A program made the translations under genes and the position numbers. From assembly GCF_009914755.1 (NCBI RefSeq), contig NC_060927.1: a DNA stretch of 64,000 bases; one strand, given 5' to 3'. Shown piece by piece: positions 14,690 to 27,135 of the stretch. Numbering within the stretch: the stretch's first letter is position 1; every line of letters starts with the position of its first letter. Source of the stretch: the human T2T-CHM13v2.0 reference genome, Homo sapiens. The notes below the pieces were generated by a model that worked only from the letters and a program-made list of their open reading frames with translations, had not been told where the DNA came from and searched no databases.

Positions 14690-15085
14690 CTATTTTAGGT
14701 CAACATCTCTAGACGCAGAGCCTGAGACAAGAATCAAGTACATGTGGTTTGCTGGGAAAGCACTCTTATGAGAAACCTGTGAAGGAAGGATGGTAGGAAG
14801 AGCAAGAGGAAGATGCTGAGCAAGAATGTGGTCTCAGGCATAGTCTGGTCTAGCCCTGATATATAGAGGGGCCTGGAGAGAAATCCACACCTCAGAGGCA
14901 TCCCTTCTGAAGGAAAAGAAGCTTATACCCCATAACTTTGCAGGCCAGATAGTTTCCCTCATTCCAGGGTAACTTTCCAGAAAAGATGGGTGTCTGTGAA
15001 ACATGAGCAGCTGACGTTCACAGAAGCTGAGAAGATGGGTGCACAACACAGGGGAACTGGGGGAGGCACTAAAGTGTCTACTACG
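14690..15085. mobile_element. Old MaLR LTR (MLT1I/J-like)
   Basis: gcagagcctgagacaagaatcaagtacatgtggttt...ggggaggcactaaagtgtctactac pattern. Confidence 0.5.
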
Positions 15086-17716
15086 CAGTCTCTTTGCAGA
15101 GTATTGTCTTACTTGGCCTAATTTTTGTCTAGCAAAACTGTATAAGAACCAATGCTAGAAAAATCTTATTCCAGCACCTCCAGACCCTTGCAAGGCTCTT
15201 TGGGAATAGCTCCTCTACATGGAACTAACCTCCAAATCCTAATTTCAGAAATGCCGTCTAAAAAAGAAACAACAGCAGCAATGTAACATTATAAACAAAC
15301 GCTGTCAGATCTGGGTTTGACATGCTAGAGGATCACATAGGACCTATCACTGAACGCTGGGGACAAGAGAAAATGAACCAAAAGAAAAATGGGACATGAA
15401 AAAAAAAGACCTTGGAAATTTCATAATGATGCAGGCTAGCCTTCTGATGTTATCAGAAAGATCACATGTTCCAGAGTCAGACATATCCAATTGCATTCTC
15501 AGGCCTGGGAATTTACTGGTACATTCAGATTCACAATCTCCTCATTGGTTAAAATGGAATAGTAATATGCATCTTTCCTATTTGTTGGAGGAGAAAATGT
15601 TTGAAGAGTCACTTATGCAGTGTTTGGCTCATTGTGTGCACAGCTCAATAAATAGTATGTTATTGCAGTGGCATATATTTCTAAGAATTAATCTATGCCG
15701 CCTACTTGCAGCCACTGAACTTCATTCCCCAAGTCCAAACAACTGGATTGGGCCTACGCACTACAGAACTTCCCCCAAAAAAACTATAAATACTCACATG
15801 TTAGCCAAAAAATCCATGCACCAGAGCACAGGTCAGAAAAGTGGGGTTGCATTCTTATAGAGGGCAACATTCTCTTCCCAAAAGACAATTTTAAAAGACA
15901 CACAGCATTGGGGAAAGGAGGAGGAAGAAAACTTTTGGAATAGAGAGGATAAAATGGAGAATTTGTAAACCACAGCAAGCTATTGCTTGCATTACCAGCA
16001 AAGAAGAGCTTTGAGTAAACCAAGATGGTGCTAAGTTGTTATCCTTCCCATTGCCTTCTGATGAGGACCACAAATTACCTACAGCCAATCCATTACTCTT
16101 TGTCATCTGTGTGGAGTAATACTTGTCAGATCTTGGAAATTCTGTCCAGCCTCCATCCAAACAATTCTATGTGGACTACCACAATCTGATAGCCTGGGTT
16201 CCTTATAAGTCTTTTTCACCCCTGTCCCCATCATGGATGATAGGGATGAATATTGGGGACCATGGTGACATGAGTGGAAGGTATGAAATACACTCCCCCC
16301 ACATGTTCTTCTGTCTTGCCTATGATCAGCCCGTTTGAATTCTACATTTACACAAGACTCCAAGAAACACTAGATGCTGTTTAGGACTGCACAAGTCCAC
16401 CACCTAGAGGGAACTCAGCCAATGTGCCCACTCTACTCTGCCCACAGAGTTGTTTGGGAGACGAGCAGTGGGATGTAACAATTTATACTTGAATTTTTCT
16501 TTATTTGTGTAGAATGTGGTGTCCCCTTCCCTTTCTCCTTCTCCTTTCACCCCAGCTCCAATTAGAAAATTTTATTGTACAAAATTCCACTCCAGAGGAA
16601 TCTATTTCAAATTTAGGAAGCCATTGGTGCGTAAAGAACACTTATTCTAAGAGGGCAGGACAGAGTGTGCCATGTAATCAAAGGCAATTAAAGACATTCA
16701 TGCAATTGTGAATATACATCCTCTGCATATACAATTGTTCAAAAAGCCTACATACTGTGGCACTGGATGGTTTTCAAAAGACATTTAAGGCACAATAAGC
16801 ATTTATTTGGGGCTTGGGAACATGACTTTTGTTTGTGTTCTTATGCATGTTTGGCAAATACAATGCAAGCTCTGCTTTCAGAACATTTGGCCCTAAATAA
16901 AAAGAAATGTGTCAGCAAATCCACCAAGGAGTACAGTAAACCCAAAACTTCTTCTGTTGGATCCAGAGAGAGACCGAGGTAAATTTTGTTTGTTTTCTAG
17001 CTAAAAGCAACATCTGGATGCAATTGCTAGGAGTTCTGGCTGCTTTGGCCACATCTAGCCAAGAAGCAGAAAAATCCTACCAAAGGTCCAGTATTCACTG
17101 CAACATTTGTAGCACACCCAAAGCACAGGTTCAAGGCAAATGTTTATGTGAGCTGACTGATCAATGACATCAAACGTTTACCATCTGCTCCAGTACATGC
17201 AAGATACCACCTACATGCCTATTGGATTTATTGGAGGTACAGGGTAGCGGGAGTGGGCGAAAGGAGGTGTTCCTATCACCTTTATCTAGTAAATAAGAAA
17301 CAAATCAAGACTTTACAGTCCATCCACTAGGCTTAAATACCAACTTTGTCACTCACTTGCTCTATGACTAGGCAAGTTATATATTATCAGCCTCATTGTC
17401 CTCATTGCTAAAATAGAAATAATGACAGTACCTGCCTCATGAAGTTCTTGAAGACTGTTGACAAATGTAAAGTGGCCACACAGAGTAATCTCTCAATGAA
17501 TGTAGGCTAAAAGTATTAAGTTATTATATTCTCTCTTGTGGCTTCTCTTGCACCTCTGTGCAGAAAATTCTCCACTGGGGGAAAAATACGCCACTTTGAT
17601 CTACCACCCTCACAATTTACCACAACTCCATTTCCTTAAGTGCCAAGTTATTTTAAAGTCTCCATGCGTTGTCCTGCCCTTACTCCCATTAACTCACACC
17701 TCCTGCTCCCTCCCCT

Positions 17717-18150
17717 GTAATGAATAATGACGATCACTCATCAACAACCTTTGCCACATGACATTGAGTGCTCCCAAGTTGGCAGGATACACTTCTTTAC
17801 TCTACTTGCAGTCCTCCTGGGCCCCTCCCCTCATGTTGGCCACATGACTGCTGTGGGACAGTGGAATGTGGACAAACATGAGATTTGCCACATGTGAGCA
17901 GAAACTTTAAATGTGCTTATTCAGCCAGATTAGCCTCTTGCATTTTTGCCTTTTTCTACAAGAGCAGTATGAAAAATAGGGGCTACTCCTTTAGCCTGAG
18001 TCCTGGGATGAGAAGATGCCTGGAAGCCAGGAAAGGTCTCCACAATCACAGCCAATTTGTGGATTTCATGTAATGTCAGAAAGAAATAAGTGTTTAGTTT
18101 TATTCTGTTGATAATTGAGTTGTTTGTTACTGCAGCAAAAGATGACTAAT
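17717..18150 (+). mobile_element. Old MaLR LTR (MLT1H/J-like)
   Basis: Ends with the MaLR terminus gttgtttgttactgcagcaaaagatgactaata. Confidence 0.55.
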
Positions 18151-19569
18151 ATCTAGCACCTGTTTTCCTGCCAATCTAAAAGTTTATCACTATAATGATC
18201 AATAAGGGATGATCTGCCAAGGACCATCTCCCTTCTTCACAGAACTCCCCCCTTCTCCTCCCTCTCTCACATACATGATTCCCACGGGTATTGCCATATT
18301 TGAAACTGTCAGCTTCCCTGACCACCAACTACTGGCTCATAGGTGGATATCTAACCCAGTCTGCCATGGGGAAAAATAGCATGAAATGATCATACACAGA
18401 GTAGCAGGCGTGAAAGGGAGGATCCAAGGGAACTGGAGCCACTGGTTAAGGTTGTTCTATGTCTATAGCTGAACGTTTATGCCCAGGACAGAGTTCCCAG
18501 CTAAGAGGGGAAGGGCCAGGATGACCACAAGTGGACAGAAAGGCAAGAGGTCCTCTGTTCAGACAGGAGGGGCTTCCCACAAGTCATATGGTGGCTGGGG
18601 GGCAGCAGCTTGAAGGGACAAATCCAGGCCGAACAGGTCAGTGTTAAAGTGGTTTAAAGTAAGTTCAGACACGGGCTAGACCAAAAACTTGAGGCACTAT
18701 CCAAATTCCTCCATGTTGTGAAGTTATGTCTAAAGGAAGAATAAATACAAGGGCTGTAGCAAAGCTGATCAAACAATGGCACTGGGAAGAGGATTACCAG
18801 GCGGACCTGAGCCACTAGAGGAGAGATTACATCATCAGTGTTCTGACAAGTCATCCCAGGAGAGTGAGTAAGAGACTTTTTCAACCCAAAGGGCACCTTG
18901 TTAAAGCCAGCCTGGGGCCAGCCCTCCATTTGTTTCCAGTGTAGCAAGCCTGATCACAACTAGAATTGCTGGGCCCCAACCCCAGACCCCCCAACTCTGA
19001 TATTTCACAAGAAGAGATTCCAGAACAAACACAGGATTGTTCTGGGCTTTAAAGGTAAAATGGCCTTTCACTCCACACCCCAATTATGTTTTTTCAGTTG
19101 TGGCGAAAAAGAGAACTCTGTACCAATGAGAAAAGTATTCACAAACACACCGTATTTCTCCTTTTACAAAGAAAGAGGCTAATGCAAGCAAGGCACCCAC
19201 CTAATACTTATCCTTCCAGGGTATAAGTTCGGAAATCTGTGGGTTGTTGGGTTGGGAAATGGAAAAATCATGATAGGGAACTGACTGGGGAGTTATCCTA
19301 TTGGCTCAGTCTCTGTTGACTCTTGTGAGGCTGAGGTATGTCCCATAACAGTCACAACTTCCCCAGATCTCCCTCTTCAGGCCTCTGAAGACCTTGGACT
19401 TACTTGGACTTACACAGGACAAGGCTAAATTTGGCACAGAAAATGGCCTTGTGGGAGAGAGGGCCAGTGCAGCTGACCTGCCGCTGAAGAACCAGGTAAA
19501 TCAAGAGAATGATGAGCACAGCCAGGCAGGATTACAAATTACGAAGTGTGGCAATAAAATAATAATCAC

Positions 19570-19740
19570 CAACACCTCCCGAGTGATGAGTAAGTGCTAG
19601 GCAGTGATCTAAACATACACACAGAATACTTATTTGAACCCTCATTATCAGCTCTCTGAGAGAGATGCTATTAGAAGTTCCATTTTACAGTTGACAAAAC
19701 TGAAGAATGACAAAGTTTAATTAATTTCCCCAAGATTTAT
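19570..19740 (-). mobile_element. MIR SINE fragment (other MIR fragments near 11.7, 17.4, 27.6, 39.3 and 57.7 kb)
   Basis: MIR core-like ccattttacagttgacaaaactgaag...ttaatttccccaag. Confidence 0.6.
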
Positions 19741-20569
19741 CCTAAAGATGTTCTTAAGGACATATGTAAAGACCTAGCAACAGGAATGTTTATTATAGCC
19801 ACTGTTTTTAACACTGGTAAGATTTTAATAGTCACAATGCAGGCAAATATTCAACACTATGGAATGAATTAAATAAATTACATCTAAACAATAATTAAAA
19901 ATAATCTACTGGGTGTATGGTTTTGAAATAAAAATCTATCATAGATTATTCAGTGAAAAATCAGGACACAAAATAAAGTATAATCTCATATTTTGGTAAT
20001 TATAAATATATATGTTTTTTAAATTTCTGAAAGAATTTGCATCAAAGTGTTAATGGTGATCTGCAAACGTAAGGTTGTAGGTTCTTTTTGACTACCCTTT
20101 TATTTATGTAAATTAGAAAATAAAAATGAATTGCTTTTCCATAAAAGAATAGCTATATTATTTTGTAAATAATAAAGTAGATGTAGGATTATCTACATAT
20201 TGATATCATGTTTCTGGAGGGCTCTTAATTCCATGTACATAAAAGCAAGTGGAATTAGTGTAACCCAGCATTTCCCAAAAGCGTATTGCTAAGAAAAAGG
20301 GTGTTTCATGGTCAAATAAATTGGGACATTCTGCATGCTCCTCTTGAAGATTCACAATGCATAAATTCTGTTTAAAAAGAAAAAACAGTTTAATGGGTTT
20401 AACCCAGCATTTCCCAATCTTATTTAAATGAAACTCCTTTATTTATACTTACAAAGTATAAATAAATACTGATTTATAGTTCAAGAAATGCTCACACATT
20501 TTGGAAACCATAGTTTTATTCATCACTAATTCTTCTATCAAGCATACAACCCTTATACAGCAATGTATT

Positions 20570-20987
20570 ACATATATATATAAAAACTCTAATAGAACAT
20601 TATATATATAATGCTCTCTATATATAATTATAGATATATATAAGTTATATATTATACAATTAATATGTATAATTATAGTTAATTTTTATATAAATATACA
20701 ATCCTTATAGAGCATTTATATATACATACACACATATGTATACATATATACATATATACACACATATGTATACATATATACATATATACATATATACACA
20801 CATATGTATACATATATACATATATACACACATATGTATACATATATACATATATACACACATATGTATACATATATACATATATACACACATATGTATA
20901 CATATATACATATATACACATGTATACATATATACATATATACACACATATGTATACATATATACATATATACACATATATATGTAT
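20570..20987. repeat. AT-rich low-complexity tract plus a 30-bp minisatellite (TATATACACACATATGTATACATATATACA)n
   Basis: Four exact tandem copies at 20791-20910 plus variant units on both sides. Source of five overlapping spurious ORFs. Confidence 0.95.
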
Positions 20988-21108
20988 AAAATGGGATTTG
21001 GAAATTTCACAGATTTTGAATCTTTCTTGCTCCAGTATTCACTGACTGTGTGACCCCTAAGCAACCTCCTTTTTAAAACGGAGCTCCCACTAAATACATT
21101 TCAAGCTC

Positions 21109-21460
21109 TGTAATAGAGTGTGACTCCATTTTTGATGTTTGACTACTGACTTTTTGTTAAGCGTCACCCACTCCTCCTTTTGCCCCACATATGGTCAGGC
21201 TGGTAAGAAAGCACCTGCATGCAACTCCTCCTATAGAATTGGCAGAAAATTTACCCCAGTCCCACCTGCTAGCCACTATAATGGCCCAATCCACTCTTAC
21301 TTTTCTTAAGCCAGCCCAGACCTGCTTGTGCCTTTCAAGTTTCCTCTAGGAGTCCCCCATTTCTCTCAAGTGTTCTTGGTATTCCGTGTCATCAGCCTCA
21401 ATATTCAAACCAAATTCCAGGTGAGAATTTATTCTGATTCTTCAAGGTGAACACAAAACA
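21109..21460 (+). mobile_element. Probable ERV1-class solo LTR fragment
   Basis: Starts tgtaatagagtgtgactccatttttgatg, a typical ERV1-LTR opening. Family not determined. Confidence 0.4.
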
Positions 21461-24400
21461 GCCTCCTTATGAGAACCAAGTTAATTGTTTTTGCCTCATA
21501 ATAGGTGCTCAATAAATGTTTGTTATTTTCTTTCTCTAAAATTGTACTATCCTAGAAGACTAGCTGCTAATTGGGCACAGGAAATGCAATAAATACCTCT
21601 GACTGCTGCTGTTAGAAGAATGCTAATTTCAGAGTTTGTTTTCTAGTTGAGCCGCTAAAAGATTTTTTTAAAATATTAAGCATAAAATAAGTTTTTGAAA
21701 TTACCCTTTTGCTGCAACTAACAACAGGGACTTCTGAAAACATAAGCCATTCTTATCCAAGTAAAAGCTAACTTCTCAGCCTAAAGTTTAAAATTTCAAA
21801 ATTTTCCAAACATTACAACAACAATCAGGAATGTTTTCGAGCTAATGATGATGTTATTAATGGAGTAGGAAAGTGACATGTGAGTGGAGATCACATGACC
21901 TCAATTCTGTAATAAGAAAGAGGAGTCCCAGAAAGTTTCTCTAAGCATCATGCCACCCACTGGTCAGTCTAGAATACGAATTGAACACCTGAATACAGAG
22001 CAGTAAGACATATTAAATTGTTAGGTGGCGCTAAAATTTAGGTACCACATTGACCTACTCAATTCTCATTGGTGTGACAGCAAGCAAGAAAAAAAGAAGA
22101 GAAACTTGCTGATTATACCACTGCAGATAAGTCCTCCAATGTTTTTGTTCTGATTAAGCAAGAACTTTGACATTCCTTCCTAGTCTTGATGGACTACTTG
22201 CAGCTATGCACTATAAATTGCTTATATAATCTGTATAAGCAGATTTATTTTGATAGACTGTAGAGAATTCTGTGGTACACTGTCAAGATCTCCCCTGTAG
22301 AACCAAGGTACATTCCCCACTCCCAACCCAACTGTCAGGAGTGTTGGCTGTTGACAGCTCATTTATGTCCCTTGAGAGGAACTGCCCTCAGCCACAGGGA
22401 ATGACCACTCCCAAAGTTGTGCCAAAGTTCTTCCTTCCAAGAGAACCACCAGAAAACCTCCAGCACTCAAATTACCATCTCAGAGTCCATTCCAGACAGT
22501 GACATTTTAAAAAACTAAATAAAAGAAGCAAATGCACATAAGGCAAGTTAGAAAAAACAAGACTCATGCTTATTTATTATTCTCAAGTTCTTAGAAAAAT
22601 CAAACTTTAGAAATTAATGTTTTTCTTTCTTTTTAGCAAGATAGAGCCTAGTTTCAAAATCTCATGAGGGGAAACATCACAAAATGATTACAGAACTGCA
22701 TCAGGACCTATTTTCTTAAGCAGTCTTTAGTTTTCCCACAATTGAAGCTTTAGGTGACCTTATTAGGGTTCACTCTACTTTCTATATTTGTCATATCTAT
22801 GGATTTCCAGAATCTTTTGAACACCCATCCTGTACTTTGGTAATTCTTCAGACTGTGAGACCCACCTGTGCAAGATAGAAACCAGAGAACTTGCTTCCCC
22901 CACCTCCCTTACAATCAGGGCACAAGGAGGCAAAACAGACACAGATTTCAATGAAGAAAACAAGACAAGAAAAGATGCAGCACTGAATCCATCTTATTGA
23001 AAAGGGAGAGAGAGCTTGGAAGAGAAAAAGTAAGCTTTCAGAATCCAGAATGCTGGGGGATTTCGAAGCCATGTAGGTCACTGTGCTCAGTGAAAACTAT
23101 GGGGCGTGTGCCCATCATCACAGAAATTGTGCCTGAAGGAGTCCTAGAAAATACCATTTTGGTTTTTCTTCCTATTTATCCCCCAAGCCTGATTCTCTGA
23201 GCATTCAATAACTTTCTTTTCTCTAAACTAGCTTAAAGCATGAGCCATACATTGTTCAAGAGTAGAAGTTGTTTGGACACAATATAAAGTCTTTTAAATC
23301 CTTATCACAACTGCTCTACCCTTCAGTCGAAAAACATGATGCTGCCTGTTCTCACAGGATGAATGACGAATTCTGGAAATAAGGCAGGTTAATTTTTTTC
23401 CTGCTATTCCAACATCAACTAGATGGCTGTTCACTTTATTCCAGCAAGCTTATGTTCAATTTTATATGTGGCTCAGTGAATTTGACTTACTCTAGCAAAT
23501 CTATATTATCTAAATGGCTAATTTAATGATACACCTAAATGAATAAGAGTAGCCTTTAACAGAAACCTATTATAGAATCTTTTTCAGATTCCTTGAATCT
23601 TTGGAAAATCCTTTCTTGGATTCTGTAATATATCATCTCCTCATTTTCTTCCTACATTATTGGCTCCTTCTCTGCTTCTTTGTACACCCTTCCTCTTCTA
23701 CCCCAAATCTAAATGTTGGCATTCCTCAGGACCAGATCTTTACTTCTCTCTTTATACCCTCCCCTGATAAACTCAAGTCTTGTTGTTTCTAGTAGGACCT
23801 ACATATAGGTGACAACTACATTTACATCTCCAGCTTTGAACTCTTGTGAGCTTTAAACTTTAGATGGCACTAGAAGATTATCTAAGAGATATCAGGAATT
23901 TAACGTGTCCAAAATGGAATGTTCTAACGGCAAAACAGTCCACTAGATTACCCCCACCAAATACCTAGGAGCCATCTTTCATTCATCTTTTCCTCTATTA
24001 CCTACATGATTCAGAAGCATAGCAAACACTTGGAAGAAGCTGATAAAAAATGTAAAAAAAAAAATTTATATAAGTCTGATTTGTGCTTTAAAATATAAGA
24101 ATGTATCAACTCTGTTTTAAAAGTGCAAAATCAACTTGAAAATTAATAGGCTAAAATATGGGCTGGAATTAAAAGCTAACTGGAAAAATGAAGAAGCCAT
24201 TGTTTCATGTGAGAAAATAGGCCAAGGAACCAAAAACACAAAGTCAGAGTTGATTTCTGTTTTGATGTTCATAAAGAACAGGATCAAATCTATCGACAGT
24301 GTAATATTAAAATATGATTAAACAGTACTAATAGTCTGACTTATAATACCAAATTAGAGTGTCAAAAATCAGGAAATGGTATGATAAATGAGATAAATAT

Positions 24401-24649
24401 AAGCAATTTTAATTCCAAGAATAACTTAGGAAAGACATAATCATTGAACTGATCTCAAATTTTAAAGAAAAAATAGAGATTAATGTGTCTTAGAAAAGAT
24501 GAACTACAAAAGCAAAACTGAAAGCATGACATATTATTAACAAGTGATGGGGGAAATTAAAAGTAAAGAAAGTATGTAGATGAACAAGCAGATAAGAAAG
24601 CTGTTAAAAGACTAAATACTTTGATTAGAACAAAAATGGCCTGAGCTAT

Positions 24650-26080
24650 CTTCTTCAACAAAAGTGCCAAAAACATGCACTGGGGCAAGGACAGTCTCTT
24701 CAGTCAATGGTGCTGGGAAAGCTGTATATCCATAAGCAGAAGAATGAAACTAGACCCCTATCTCTTGCCATATACAAAAATGAAAGAAAAATTGATTAAA
24801 GACTTAAATCTAAGACGTCAAACTATGAATCTACAAAAAGAAAACATTGGGGAAACTCTCCAGGACGTTGGTCTAGGCAAAGATCTATTGAGTAATACCC
24901 AACAAGCATAGGCAACCAAAGCAAAAATGGACATGTGGCATCATATCAAGTTAAAAAGTGTCTGCTCAGCAAAATCAACAAACGGAAGAGACAACCCACA
25001 GAATGGAAGAAAATATTTGCAAACTACCCATCTGATAAGGGATTAATAATCAGAATATATAAGGAGCTCAAACAAATCAATGGGAAAAAAAGAATCATCT
25101 GACTTTAAAATGAGGACAAAATTTGAGTAGACATTTCTCAAAAGAAGACATACAAATGGCAAACAAGCATATAAAAAGGTGTGCAACATCATTGATCATC
25201 AGCGAAGTGCAGATTAAAACTACAATGAGATATGATCTTATCCCAATTAAAATGACTGACTTTCATCCAGCAATAACAAATGCTGGCAAGGATGTAGAGA
25301 AAAGAGAATCTTCATACACCGTTGGTGGGAGTGTAAATTAGTACACCACTATGAAGAACAGTTTGGAGGTTGCTCAAAATATTAAAAATGGAACTACCAT
25401 ATGACCCAGCACTCTCACTACTGGGTATACACCCAAAAGAAAGGAAATCAGTAATTCAAAGAGCTATCTGCACTCTTCATGTTTATTGTAGCACTGTTTA
25501 CGATAGCTAAGATTTTGAAGCAACCTAAGTGTCTGCCAACAGATGAATGGATAAAGAAAATCTGGTACATATACACAATGGAATACTATTCAGCCATAAA
25601 AAAGAATGAGATCCTGACATTGCAACAACATAGATGGAACTGGAGAAATAAGCCAGGCACAGAAAGACAAACTTCTCATGTTCTCACTTACTTGTGGGAG
25701 CTAGAAATTAAAACAATTGAACTCATGGAAATAGAGAGTAGAAGTATGGTAACCAGACACTGGGAAGGGTAGTTGAGGTGGGGGGAATAGAAATGGTTAA
25801 TGGGTACAAAAATACAGTTAGATAGAATGAGTAAGATCTAGAGTTTGATAGTACAACAGGGTGACTGTAGTCGACAATAATTTATTGTACATTTTAAAGT
25901 AAGAGAGTATAAGTGGAATGTTTGTAACATAAAGAAAGAATAAGTACTTGAGGTGATGACAACCCATTTACCCTGATGGGATTATTATCATTGTATGCCT
26001 ATATCAAAATATTTTATGTTCCACATAAATATATAGACCTACTAGGTACCTATAAAAATAAATAATAATTTTGAAAAATA
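24650..26080 (+). mobile_element. 5'-truncated L1MA (L1MA3/4-like): ORF2 C-terminus plus 3' UTR
   Basis: WGKDSLF..WCWE and MEYYSAIKKNE peptides, L1MA 3' UTR and A-rich tail. Embedded in older L1M-like sequence. Confidence 0.9.
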
Positions 26081-26978
26081 AATTGCTGTGTTAAATTCCC
26101 CTATCAAAGGGGAAAAATTCTCGGATTGTTTTAGAAAGTAAACCCAACTATGTCCTACATATAAGGAAGAACACCTGAAACAAAATGGCACAAAGAGACT
26201 AAAAGTTAAACTATTGACAAAACAATAATAATAAAGAAAAATGTTGGTAATATAAACATCTAATTGAACAGAATTAAAGGCATGAAAGCGTCATTTTATG
26301 AAGCAGTCTCTATAATTAAAATTAAACCAAATTGGGAAACTTTATCTGTTAATAGCCTCAAAGTTTACAAAACAAAACTTCTGTTATTGCTGTAGCTGGT
26401 TTTGTGGCAATCAGGGTGCTGTACCCACCCACTCTCACAACTCCCACATCCCTCCGAATCTTTATTTCTATACCTAATTGCACCTGCAACTCCAAGAAAA
26501 CAACCCTAGAGGAAAAGAGGGGGAAACTGACAGTCTGCAGAGAAAGGGTCCCCAAAAAGGAAGCCCTGTATGCTCTAATAGCAGTAGATAATGCAGACTA
26601 AAGATTGTTATGAACCCCATTTGTTTAAGAAAAAAAAAGACAGTGGAAGTTAAAAAAAAATATTCCATGATTCCATGTTTCCCCTGCCAAGGGACCCAGA
26701 ATGAACCAGGCTGAGAATTATTCACATTCATCCACCTTCAAAGAAAATTCCAGCAGAACCTGCATGGACTTAGAACAGGACCAACGGCATCAGTTCCCAC
26801 CCCAACAAGTGGCAAAGATCATATTCAGAAAGGGCTTTCCTTATTCCAGCAGCAAAAAGGAAAAAAAGAGGGGGGGTGCACTATAAAAAATAACCCTATA
26901 GATCTACATGAGAAGCCTAAGTGAATGCTATGAAAAAAAAACACCATGATATCCTTTTAAAAGGAAAAGAAAAAAAGC

Positions 26979-27135
26979 ATATATATGTATATGAATGTGT
27001 GTGTATACTTTGTGTGTGTGTTTACATATACATACTTTATTTGTTTCAGAATATATATTTATAATATATGTTTATATGTGTACATACATATGTATATCCT
27101 CTGTGTGTGAGTGCGTATGTGTATGTGTATTTATA
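26979..27135. repeat. (TA)/(TG) low-complexity tract
   Basis: Mixed dinucleotide repeats. Confidence 0.8.

Noticed and set aside
15396-15860. 154-aa ORF
   Set aside because: No recognisable domain, overlaps MIR-like sequence, no supporting gene structure.
20679-21064. Y/I/C/H-repeat ORFs
   Set aside because: Translations of a minisatellite.
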